The notes beneath the pieces are model-generated. The model was not told the origin of the DNA, did no database searches, and saw only the letters and a program-made list of their open reading frames with translations. The position numbers and the translations under genes were made by a program. Shown piece by piece: positions 1-12,359 of a stretch of DNA of 64,000 bases. Source of the stretch: Paragordius varius (lineage: Eukaryota > Animalia > Nematomorpha). Position 1 is the first letter of the stretch. Every line of letters begins with the position of its first letter. The stretch lies in NCBI GenBank assembly GCA_964247055.1, contig OZ176050.1:2604001-2668000 (forward strand), read 5' to 3'.

Positions 1-440
1 CATTGCTACACCTTAGAAAATGGCGGAATTTGCGCGCATTTTTGATAAATAAAATTATTTTAGTAAAAGCTAAATGCTTAATTTTAAAATATCATTAAAT
101 TATATTATAAACTACATATAAAAAGCAAAACAATTTAATATTTTAAATTTTGGATGCTGCGAAAGTCCCGATTTTTTAGCCCTTCTAATATGGGCATGTT
201 CTCTTCAAATAAATGCAAAAATGCTGAGATTGCGCAATAAAACTTTTAATATGCTAAATATTCACATTAAAAAAAAGTTTTTTTCCGTAAAAATGGATAT
301 TTTGGTTAAAAATTTAATTTATAGCATTGTTTTAAAGCTTACTTCATCTTATTTGGCATGATAGAAACGGTATAAAAACAGTTTATACCATTTGCACTTT
401 AAGAGTGTCCTTTAACACTTCAAGTTAATCCTTGAACTTT

Positions 441-980
441 TCATGTTGGTTCAGAAAATGATCTTTTTTCCGAAGTATCATTAGTTAAAAAATATATTAA
501 TAATGAAAAACTTAAATTATGGACAACAGAAAAAAAATACAGTAGAAAAGAAATGGCTAGAAATATTTCATCATTTTGAAACAAACTAAGTTCCATACAA
601 AAACATTTTAAAAATTGTGGAAGTTGCACTATCTTTACCTGGAACCAACGCTGCTACTGAACGCGTTTTTTTCCACAGTAATTCAGGTGTGGACATCGGA
701 AAAATCAAAATGTGCAAACTTTAAAGGCCATTTTATCTGTTTGACAAATTCTTGCGAAGACTGCTGCAATATTTTAAAAAATAATGACAATCTGCTAAAA
801 TTCACTCATATAAAAAATATACCAAAGAATAAAATGTTTTTTATATTTATAATGTATTTGTCTTAAAAATATAAGTATTACAATAAATTTTTTGCATAAA
901 AATTTTTGGTTGTAACCCCCCCATTCCCCCCTTTTCTCAAATTTGTCCCGCTTTTTCCTTCATAAAATCTGGTCACCTTA
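441..980 (+). mobile_element. 3' fragment of Blackjack-type hAT transposon (transposase C-terminus plus right TIR), unit 1
   Basis: Encodes the LSLPGTNAATERVF hAT C-terminal motif and ends in tctggtcacctta (968-980). Homologous to 36290-36660 and 37510-37667. Confidence 0.85.
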
Positions 981-1166
981 AGTATTATATATATATATAT
1001 ATATATTAATATTATTTTAGAAATTGACGTTTTATTGATGGTTTAATACGTCATGTTTAAGATTGATATTAACAATCAAAATTATCGTCATATAAAATAA
1101 CTTTTAATTACATAATGTTGTGTTTTTCATAATTTAATAAATAGTACACGCATACACTGATCAATA

Positions 1167-2378
1167 ATGAGTTAATTTGTCTTGCCATAAACCTTTAAAC
1201 CAATGTAGTACTTGTTTAGTACCATTTATCATGGATGAAAAAGATCCAAATCTTGCAACTTTCAATTTTCAACCACAAAATTCTCCATCACCTTTTCAGT
1301 TTAATACAACGAATACACCCCATCCTTACTCAACCGCCGCCTATTTGTCCCCAATTAGCAATTATCAAAACGTAATTAGTACAGCTAACAATGAATCTTC
1401 TCCTAAAACAATTGAAGACACCAGCTCTGACACAGAGAATCTTGTAGATTTTAAAGTTGAAGCAGTAAATGAAAAGGATATTATATCCCAGGAAGACGAT
1501 ACACAAAATAATTCGCAAAATGATGCTAATATTAATTATAACGATACAAAATCACCAGATACTGATAAAGCTGCCTTAATTAATGATACATATAAAAATG
1601 ATTTCTACAACACTGCTGGAATCAGGAAATGGCAAGAAATAATAGCCTATTTTACCATACAAACACTATTAAGCATATGTTTAGACAATTAAATAAATGT
1701 CTTAATAAGTCTACAAATAATTTACCAAATAAAGATCCATACGAAGAAACGGAAGATAATCAATCAGTTAGGGGAGAAAAGAAAGACAAAACGCCAGAAA
1801 TGTATGGACCAAATGACAGTTTTTATATATCCCGTTCGTTTGAGCTTTGGCAAAAGACAAAGCCTAACCCCTGTATATTACAAGGACCAGCCATAAGTAC
1901 ACAACAGAGAAAAAGTAAATAGACGTCCCTTCATTTTGAGGAGAATTTAAGCCAAGAAGCCGAAATTTGCAAACAGTTGGAGGAATATTCGCGACAAGTT
2001 TCGCAAAACTTGGAGTCCATATATGTGATGTATAAAAATGAACGGTATAGAGAACGTCAATTTGAAAAAAAATAGTCCAAAAATTAGTGAAAAAATATAC
2101 AGACCTTGAAGTAGAATCTCTAACTGATCTTGTGGTGGGACCCAATAAAAAAGGTTTCTAATATACATTATTTCATCAATATTGCTTTCATCTCTAAAGA
2201 ATTAAATCATTGATCATTCATAGTAAAACATAAGCTGTTACAGAAAGTAAAAATAATTAAATTTTTAAACATGCTTTTGTCCCTTAAAAGTTTTCATGTA
2301 AATATGGTTAATTTTTAAAATAAAATTTAGAAATGCCGCTTAACAAATTATTTTAAAAATTATGATAAGAATGAATAA
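1167..2378 (+). pseudogene. Orphan gene family member, disrupted copy, unit 1 (putative exons 1167-2153, 2200-2246, 2331-2378)
   Basis: Homologous to the 292-aa and 309-aa ORFs at 17955 and 23034. Deletions after the start give ATG AGT TAA; there is a frameshift near 1690 and further stops at 1920-1922 and near 2073. GT-AG pairs at 2154-2199 and 2247-2330 keep the ancestral frame. Confidence 0.75.
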
Positions 2379-2562
2379 AAGGTATAATTCTCTATGGACG
2401 TCTTATTATTAATAATTCTTAAGCTTAATAAACATTTCTGTTTCCTTTTTAGAACGAAAGCAATCCAAGACCGCTGATACAAACACAAGAATGAAAGTAA
2501 AGGGCAAAGGGAAAAAGTCATTTCAAAAGAAGAAACGAAGCAAGTCGTTGCAAAGCGCAAAC

Positions 2563-3060
2563 TATTAAGTGTATCGTCTTCATGGAATATCACATCCTTT
2601 CCATTTACGGCTTCAGTTTTAAAATCTACAAGATTCTCTATGTCAGCGCTGGTGTCTTCAATTGTTTTAGGAGAAGATGCATTGTTAACTGTACTAATTA
2701 CGTTTTGATAATTGCTAATTGGGGACAAATAGGCGGCGGGTGAGTATGGTTGGGGTGTATTCGTTGTATTTAGTTGAAAAGGTGATGGAAAATTTTGTGG
2801 TTGAAAATTGAAAGTTGCAAGATTTGGATCTTCATCCATCATGAATGGTACTAAACAGGTACTGCATTGGTTAAAAGATTTATGGCAAGTTTGACAAATT
2901 ATAAACTCGTTATTGATCAGTGTATGCGTGTACTATTTATTGAAATATTAAAAAACACAACTTTATGTAATTGAAGGATATTTTTCTATGACGATAATTT
3001 TGATTGTTAATACCAATCTTAAACATGACGTATTTACCAACAATATAACGTCAATTTCTT
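2563..3060 (-). repeat. Inverted copy of the orphan gene 5' half and upstream region (pairs with 1019-1510), unit 1
   Basis: The reverse complement matches 1019-1510 at roughly 90% by eye. Minus ORF 2360-2842 shares its first ~90 aa with the plus-strand gene. The original ATG is mutated to ACG. Confidence 0.92.
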
Positions 3061-3383
3061 GTATATAAAATATGATAAATTAATATTAATATAAATATTG
3101 ATCAATAACCTCGGAATTTTGATTTACGTGGTTCGATATTCGAATATTAATTGAACAAATTATTTTTCAATGTACTTAAATATGTAGGCAAAATAAATAA
3201 AAATTATAGAGCCATAGAAATGTTTATTATCGTATTCTATAAATAAAGTGTATTTAATATTTTAGGGTTTGACTGTCGTTTTTACTATGCTCCGTAATAC
3301 CATACTTTATTAATATTTTATTCAACATTAAATTCTGTTAATAAGTATGCATAATTTTAAAACAATTATTTTGATGATATCAT

Positions 3384-4174
3384 AAGGGGTGGCCAACCTT
3401 TTTTTCCCGCGGGCACGTATAAATATTAAGTAATAAAAGATTTATTTATCACAACATATATATATATATATATCCCTATTTACGTATTGGGGTGACTAAC
3501 ACAGGTCATTACAAAATTAATTCTACAAAAAATAATTATTTTTGGGGAGTTATTTTTATATAGAATCTTAATTTTATCAAAATATATAATAATGATTAAG
3601 AAGATCTCTGGTTACCATAATCAGTGTATAAATACTAAAACTTTTACATTCAATTTATTAAATTTACAATGTATAATTAACTGTACATCTTGCAACGGAT
3701 TTCGGATGATTGAAATAAAAAATGGATCTGTAGCTCTTGGCCAAGAATATAATTTACCAGATTTTATGGATCTCTGCATACCTGGTTTAAAATAATGGAC
3801 ATATGCTTCAAGTTAGCAGTCAAATCGAAAAGAGTGTCACGCCGCAGTTTTAAGTTTAGTTACAAGAAATTGGTGTAGACATACTAATTGATACAGATGA
3901 AAGATGGTTAAGTCAGGCTCAATTTTTAGAATTTTTACTAAAACTATATATAACAGACGAAAGATTATTATATCCACAATTAAAAGATCTTAAATCGCTT
4001 CTTGATAATGCTTTTTGATGTAATATTTCAGAAAAATTGCACACTACAGATCAATTGAAAAACAGTGATTTAAAATTTAATTGACGTAATCTGAAATGTT
4101 GCTTTTATAAATATATCGATAATATAATTAATCATTTTGAGAAAAGATTTTTGTCAATACATAAGCTCAAATAC
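3384..4174 (+). mobile_element. Left part of Charlie/SPIN-type hAT element, truncated (copies at 8984-9774 and 14577-15367)
   Basis: TIR-like aggggtggccaacc. Transposase remnants ATD..MIEIKNGSVAL, PDFMD.CI, RWLS and YPQLKDLKSLLD. Homology to the full copies stops at 4174. Confidence 0.8.
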
Positions 4175-5109
4175 TGTTACATGCGGATTTTCATTGATAT
4201 TGTCATTATATTCGGAAAAGATCAAAAGAATAATTGTGTCCGTGGCATCACGACGCATTAAAACTAAGCCAACAACTTTGGAAAATAATACCACGGGGAT
4301 AATAAGTAATCAAATTGATGCAAATACGGAATATTTCCCTAAAAGTAATGATTATACGCCATTTAACGAAATAATTAATAAGCGAATTCCTCGGTTTACA
4401 TATAGCCCATTAATTACAATGTTATCTACATTGATACCGGTTCCCAACTCTAATGTACGAAACCGGATTTTTATTTACCCAGAAAATAGTACAACAAATA
4501 CTGGACAATCTAAACTTCGACAAAACAAAATCAAATCCAATGATTAATTATCAAATGTAAATCGAGCATTGGTACTTAAGGACACACCTGTTAAAACGCA
4601 TTACATAAACATAACGAATCACAATATTAGAAATATTAGAGTGGATTTACACAGGATAAAGGTGGGCCCTGATTCGAATGTGACAGAACAAAAATTAGTG
4701 GCTAAAGATACATTTGTATCAATCAGTCCTCAAACAAATGCATCATTGTTAAATAAAGCCAATATTATGTACACCACTCCATTGGCATATAATACGCGCA
4801 AAAAATTATACTTTTTCCCGCGTAAATTAAAAAATGGTCAGAAAAATTTCACGAGTCTACCAAAATTCACAGATTACAAAAACTTTAGTTTTGCAACTAT
4901 GTACAAAAAGATGGATAAGTATTCTCTTTTCAAACATATATTTGGTTACAAATCCAATCAAGCAACACCCCTAACTAATATTTTAAAAAAATAATGATAT
5001 GAAAAACAGACTGCATTCAAATTGCTTAATAATACTCAATCGAAAAAAATACTGCAATAATTCCGTGCTCTTGCTTTTTAGTGCTGCTTTTATTATTGTA
5101 TCATTATAA
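4175..5109 (+). pseudogene. Captured coding segment: Asn/Thr-rich reading frame with one in-frame stop and a hydrophobic C-terminal tail (copies 9775-10709 and 15368-16305)
   Basis: ORFs 4137-4547 and 4569-4994 are in the same frame, separated by a single TAA. After a homopolymer shift the sequence reads KKYCNNSVLLLFSAAFIIVSL*. It has many N-x-S/T sequons. Confidence 0.5.
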
Positions 5110-5128
5110 ATATATTGTATAGTTAAAT

Positions 5129-5350
5129 CAAAATATGCACATTGATGTCGGTCAATTTATAATTTTTGGCCAATAGGCAATACACTATCATATGGGTTAA
5201 AAGAACAAACGATTGAAATTACAATTTTTTCCTATCTCACAACAATAAATTTTATTTAGTTATGGACAAAGTTCGTTTTATGTCATACGCCACTGTATTA
5301 CTAATTGGCCAACCATAATAAGATTTGACCAACATTAATGTGCATGTTGT
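5129..5350. mobile_element. Small MITE-like element with ~55-bp imperfect inverted repeats (copies ~10729, ~16325)
   Basis: aatatgcacattgatgtcggtcaa..ttggccaataggcaatac (5132-5183) is the imperfect reverse complement of 5295-5348. Confidence 0.55.
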
Positions 5351-6033
5351 GAATATAATAAATATCATTTGTGTCCTTTAAACTGAATTTTAAACAACCT
5401 GATTATTGGTATAAATCGTGAGAAAGTAAAAAGAATGCTCAACTTAAAAATAATATTGGTATTACACTGCTTCCGAAATCGGGGAGTGTAAAAAATATCC
5501 TGAAATATGTATATTCTGATAGGAAATAGTATTTGGAATATCATAGTGCTTTTGGCATTGGGCTTTACAGGTGATATAAGTAAGTTATTGCCACATTGCT
5601 ACACCTTAGAAAATGGCGGAATTTGCGCGCATTTTTGATAAATAAAATTATTTTAGTAAAAGCTAAATGCTTAATTTTAAAATATCATTAAATTATATTA
5701 TAAACTACATATAAAAAGCAAAACAATTTAATATTTTAAATTTTGGATGCTGCGAAAGTCCCGATTTTTTAGCCCTTCTAATATGGGCATGTTCTCTTCA
5801 AATAAATGCAAAAATGCTGAGATTGCGCAATAAAACTTTTAATATGCTAAATATTCACATTAAAAAAAAGTTTTTTTCCGTAAAAATGGATATTTTGGTT
5901 AAAAATTTAATTTATAGCATTGTTTTAAAGCTTACTTCATCTTATTTGGCATGATAGAAACGGTATAAAAACAGTTTATACCATTTGCACTTTAAGAGTG
6001 TCCTTTAACACTTCAAGTTAATCCTTGAACTTT

Positions 6034-6573
6034 TCATGTTGGTTCAGAAAATGATCTTTTTTCCGAAGTATCATTAGTGAAAAAATATATTAATAATGAA
6101 AAACTTAAATTATGGACAACAGAAAAAAAATACAGTAGAAAAGAAATGGCCAGAAATATTTCATCATTTTGAAACAAACTAAGTTCCATACAAAAACATT
6201 TTAAAAATTGTGGAAGTTGCACTATCTTTACCTGGAACCAACGCTGCTACTGAACGCGTTTTTTTCCACAGTAATTCAGGTGTGGACATCGGAAAAATCA
6301 AAATGTGCAAACTTTAAAGGCCATTTTATCTGTTTGACAAATTCTTGCGAAGACTGCTGCAATATTTTAAAAAATAATGACAATCTGCTAAAATTCACTC
6401 ATATAAAAAATATACCAAAGAATAAAATGTTTTTTATATTTATAATGTATTTGTCTTAAAAATATAAGTATTACAATAAATTTTTTGCATAAAAATTTTT
6501 GGTTGTAACCCCCCCATTCCCCCCTTTTCTCAAATTTGTCCCGCTTTTTCCTTCATAAAATCTGGTCACCTTA
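6034..6573 (+). mobile_element. 3' fragment of Blackjack-type hAT, unit 2
   Basis: Copy of 441-980 at +5593. Confidence 0.85.
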
Positions 6574-6759
6574 AGTATTATATATATATATATATATATT
6601 AATATTATTTTAGAAATTGACGTTTTATTGATGGTTTAATACGTCATGTTTAAGATTGATATTAACAATCAAAATTATCGTCATATAAAATAACTTTTAA
6701 TTACATAATGTTGTGTTTTTCATAATTTAATAAATAGTACACGCATACACTGATCAATA

Positions 6760-7971
6760 ATGAGTTAATTTGTCTTGCCATAAACCTTTAAACCAATGTA
6801 GTACTTGTTTAGTACCATTTATCATGGATGAAAAAGATCCAAATCTTGCAACTTTCAATTTTCAACCACAAAATTCTCCATCACCTTTTCAGTTTAATAC
6901 AACGAATACACCCCATCCTTACTCAACCGCCGCCTATTTGTCCCCAATTAGCAATTATCAAAACGTAATTAGTACAGCTAACAATGAATCTTCTCCTAAA
7001 ACAATTGAAGAGACCAGCTCTGACACAGAGAATCTTGTAGATTTTAAAGTTGAAGCAGTAAATGAAAAGGATATTATATCCCAGGAAGACGATACACAAA
7101 ATAATTCGCAAAATGATGCTAATATTAATTATAACGATACAAAATCACCAGATACTGATAAAGCTGCCTTAATTAATGATACATATAAAAATGATTTCTA
7201 CAACACTGCTGGAATCAGGAAATGGCAAGAAATAATAGCCTATTTTACCATACAAACACTATTAAGCATATGTTTAGACAATTAAATAAATGTCTTAATA
7301 AGTCTACAAATAATTTACCAAATAAAGATCCATACGAAGAAACGGAAGATAATCAATCAGTTAGGGGAGAAAAGAAAGACAAAACGCCAGAAATGTATGG
7401 ACCAAATGACAGTTTTTATATATCCCGTTCGTTTGAGCTTTGGCAAAAGACAAAGCCTAACCCCTGTATATTACAAGGACCAGCCATAAGTACACAACAG
7501 AGAAAAAGTAAATAGACGTCCCTTCATTTTGAGGAGAATTTAAGCCAAGAAGCCGAAATTTGCAAACAGTTGGAGGAATATTCGCGACAAGTTTCGCAAA
7601 ACTTGGAGTCCATATATGTGATGTATAAAAATGAACGGTATAGAGAACGTCAATTTGAAAAAAAATAGTCCAAAAATTAGTGAAAAAATATACAGACCTT
7701 GAAGTAGAATCTCTAACTGATCTTGTGGTGGGACCCAATAAAAAAGGTTTCTAATATACATTATTTCATCAATATTGCTTTCATCTCTAAAGAATTAAAT
7801 CATTGATCATTCATAGTAAAACATAAGCTGTTACAGAAAGTAAAAATAATTAAATTTTTAAACATGCTTTTGTCCCTTAAAAGTTTTCATGTAAATATGG
7901 TTAATTTTTAAAATAAAATTTAGAAATGCCGCTTAACAAATTATTTTAAAAATTATGATAAGAATGAATAA
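6760..7971 (+). pseudogene. Orphan gene family member, disrupted copy, unit 2
   Basis: Copy of 1167-2378 at +5593, with the same lesions. Confidence 0.75.
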
Positions 7972-8162
7972 AAGGTATAATTCTCTATGGACGTCTTATT
8001 ATTAATAATTCTTAAGCTTAATAAACATTTCTGTTTCCTTTTTAGAACGAAAGCAATCCAAGACCGCTGATGCAAATTTTAAACACAAGAATGGAAGTAA
8101 AGGGCAAAGGGAAAAAGTCATTTCAAAAGAAGAAACGAAGCAAGTCGTTGCAAAGCGCAAAC

Positions 8163-8660
8163 TATTAAGTGTATCGTCTTCATGGAATATCACATCCTTT
8201 CCATTTACGGCTTCAGTTTTAAAATCTACAAGATTCTCTATGTCAGCGCTGGTGTCTTCAATTGTTTTAGGAGAAGATGCATTGTTAACTGTACTAATTA
8301 CGTTTTGATAATTGCTAATTGGGGACAAATAGGCGGCGGGTGAGTATGGTTGGGGTGTATTCGTTGTATTTAGTTGAAAAGGTGATGGAAAATTTTGTGG
8401 TTGAAAATTGAAAGTTGCAAGATTTGGATCTTCATCCATCATGAATGGTACTAAACAGGTACTGCATTGGTTAAAAGATTTATGGCAAGTTTGACAAATT
8501 ATAAACTCGTTATTGATCAGTGTATGCGTGTACTATTTATTGAAATATTAAAAAACACAACTTTATGTAATTGAAGGATATTTTTCTATGACGATAATTT
8601 TGATTGTTAATACCAATCTTAAACATGACGTATTTACCAACAATATAACGTCAATTTCTT
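8163..8660 (-). repeat. Inverted arm, unit 2
   Basis: Copy of 2563-3060 at +5600; minus ORF 8002-8442. Confidence 0.9.
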
Positions 8661-11633
8661 GTATATAAAATATGATAAATTAATATTAATATAAATATTG
8701 ATCAATAACCTCGGAATTTTGATTTACGTGGTTCGATATTCGAATATTAATTGAACAAATTATTTTTCAATGTACTTAAATATGTAGGCAAAATAAATAA
8801 AAATTATAGAGCCATAGAAATGTTTATTATCGTATTCTATAAATAAAGTGTATTTAATATTTTAGGGTTTGACTGTCGTTTTTACTATGCTCCGTAATAC
8901 CATACTTTATTAATATTTTATTCAACATTAAATTCTGTTAATAAGTATGCATAATTTTAAAACAATTATTTTGATGATATCATAAGGGGTGGCCAACCTT
9001 TTTTTCCCGCGGGCACGTATAAATATTAAGTAATAAAAGATTTATTTATCACAACATATATATATATATATATCCCTATTTACGTATTGGGGTGACTAAC
9101 ACAGGTCATTACAAAATTAATTCTACAAAAAATAATTATTTTTGGGGAGTTATTTTTATATAGAATCTTAATTTTATCAAAATATATAATAATGATTAAG
9201 AAGATCTCTGGTTACCATAATCAGTGTATAAATACTAAAACTTTTACATTCAATTTATTAAATTTACAATGTATAATTAACTGTACATCTTGCAACGGAT
9301 TTCGGATGATTGAAATAAAAAATGGATCTGTAGCTCTTGGCCAAGAATATAATTTACCAGATTTTATGGATCTCTGCATACCTGGTTTAAAATAATGGAC
9401 ATATGCTTCAAGTTAGCAGTCAAATCGAAAAGAGTGTCACGCCGCAGTTTTAAGTTTAGTTACAAGAAATTGGTGTAGACATACTAATTGATACAGATGA
9501 AAGATGGTTAAGTCAGGCTCAATTTTTAGAATTTTTACTAAAACTATATATAACAGACGAAAGATTATTATATCCACAATTAAAAGATCTTAAATCGCTT
9601 CTTGATAATGCTTTTTGATGTAATATTTCAGAAAAATTGCACACTACAGATCAATTGAAAAACAGTGATTTAAAATTTAATTGACGTAATCTGAAATGTT
9701 GCTTTTATAAATATATCGATAATATAATTAATCATTTTGAGAAAAGATTTTTGTCAATACATAAGCTCAAATACTGTTACATGCGGATTTTCATTGATAT
9801 TGTCATTATATTCGGAAAAGATCAAAAGAATAATTGTGTCCGTGGCATCACGACGCATTAAAACTAAGCCAACAACTTTGGAAAATAATACCACGGGGAT
9901 AATAAGTAATCAAATTGATGCAAATACGGAATATTTCCCTAAAAGTAATGATTATACGCCATTTAACGAAATAATTAATAAGCGAATTCCTCGGTTTACA
10001 TATAGCCCATTAATTACAATGTTATCTACATTGATACCGGTTCCCAACTCTAATGTACGAAACCGGATTTTTATTTACCCAGAAAATAGTACAACAAATA
10101 CTGGACAATCTAAACTTCGACAAAACAAAATCAAATCCAATGATTAATTATCAAATGTAAATCGAGCATTGGTACTTAAGGACACACCTGTTAAAACGCA
10201 TTACATAAACATAACGAATCACAATATTAGAAATATTAGAGTGGATTTACACAGGATAAAGGTGGGCCCTGATTCGAATGTGACAGAACAAAAATTAGTG
10301 GCTAAAGATACATTTGTATCAATCAGTCCTCAAACAAATGCATCATTGTTAAATAAAGCCAATATTATGTACACCACTCCATTGGCATATAATACGCGCA
10401 AAAAATTATACTTTTTCCCGCGTAAATTAAAAAATGGTCAGAAAAATTTCACGAGTCTACCAAAATTCACAGATTACAAAAACTTTAGTTTTGCAACTAT
10501 GTACAAAAAGATGGATAAGTATTCTCTTTTCAAACATATATTTGGTTACAAATCCAATCAAGCAACACCCCTAACTAATATTTTAAAAAAATAATGATAT
10601 GAAAAACAGACTGCATTCAAATTGCTTAATAATACTCAATCGAAAAAAATACTGCAATAATTCCGTGCTCTTGCTTTTTAGTGCTGCTTTTATTATTGTA
10701 TCATTATAAATATATTGTATAGTTAAATCAAAATATGCACATTGATGTCGGTCAATTTATAATTTTTGGCCAATAGGCAATACACTATCATATGGGTTAA
10801 AAGAACAAACGATTGAAATTACAATTTTTTCCTATCTCACAACAATAAATTTTATTTAGTTATGGACAAAGTTCGTTTTATGTCATACGCCACTGTATTA
10901 CTAATTGGCCAACCATAATAAGATTTGACCAACATTAATGTGCATGTTGTGAATATAATAAATATCATTTGTGTCCTTTAAACTGAATTTTAAACAACCT
11001 GATTATTGGTATAAATCGTGAGAAAGTAAAAAGAATGCTCAACTTAAAAATAATATTGGTATTACACTGCTTCCGAAATCGGGGAGTGTAAAAAATATCC
11101 TGAAATATGTATATTCTGATAGGAAATAGTATTTGGAATATCATAGTGCTTTTGGCATTGGGCTTTACAGGTGATATAAGTAAGTTATTGCCACATTGCT
11201 ACACCTTAGAAAATGGCGGAATTTGCGCGCATTTTTGATAAATAAAATTATTTTAGTAAAAGCTAAATGCTTAATTTTAAAATATCATTAAATTATATTA
11301 TAAACTACATATAAAAAGCAAAACAATTTAATATTTTAAATTTTGGATGCTGCGAAAGTCCCGATTTTTTAGCCCTTCTAATATGGGCATGTTCTCTTCA
11401 AATAAATGCAAAAATGCTGAGATTGCGCAATAAAACTTTTAATATGCTAAATATTCACATTAAAAAAAAGTTTTTTTCCGTAAAAATGGATATTTTGGTT
11501 AAAAATTTAATTTATAGCATTGTTTTAAAGCTTACTTCATCTTATTTGGCATGATAGAAACGGTATAAAAACAGTTTATACCATTTGCACTTTAAGAGTG
11601 TCCTTTAACACTTCAAGTTAATCCTTGAACTTT

Positions 11634-12173
11634 TCATGTTGGTTCAGAAAATGATCTTTTTTCCGAAGTATCATTAGTGAAAAAATATATTAATAATGAA
11701 AAACTTAAATTATGGACAACAGAAAAAAAATACAGTAGAAAAGAAATGGCCAGAAATATTTCATCATTTTGAAACAAACTAAGTTCCATACAAAAACATT
11801 TTAAAAATTGTGGAAGTTGCACTATCTTTACCTGGAACCAACGCTGCTACTGAACGCGTTTTTTTCCACAGTAATTCAGGTGTGGACATCGGAAAAATCA
11901 AAATGTGCAAACTTTAAAGGCCATTTTATCTGTTTGACAAATTCTTGCGAAGACTGCTGCAATATTTTAAAAAATAATGACAATCTGCTAAAATTCACTC
12001 ATATAAAAAATATACCAAAGAATAAAATGTTTTTTATATTTATAATGTATTTGTCTTAAAAATATAAGTATTACAATAAATTTTTTGCATAAAAATTTTT
12101 GGTTGTAACCCCCCCATTCCCCCCTTTTCTCAAATTTGTCCCGCTTTTTCCTTCATAAAATCTGGTCACCTTA
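11634..12173 (+). mobile_element. 3' fragment of Blackjack-type hAT, unit 3
   Basis: Copy of 441-980 at +11193. Confidence 0.85.
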
Positions 12174-12359
12174 AGTATTATATATATATATATATATATT
12201 AATATTATTTTAGAAATTGACGTTTTATTGATGGTTTAATACGTCATGTTTAAGATTGATATTAACAATCAAAATTATCGTCATATAAAATAACTTTTAA
12301 TTACATAATGTTGTGTTTTTCATAATTTAATAAATAGTACACGCATACACTGATCAATA

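Noticed and set aside
1330-2168. Minus ORFs 1330-1518, 1864-2145 and 1947-2168 and their repeats
   Set aside because: Shadow ORFs antisense to the orphan gene, with no motifs of their own.
2360-2842. Minus-strand 146-162 aa ORFs as an independent conserved gene
   Set aside because: The N-terminal part is the inverted arm. The rest is antisense to plus-strand sequence carrying splice-like signals, and the original start is mutated or followed by stops in most copies.
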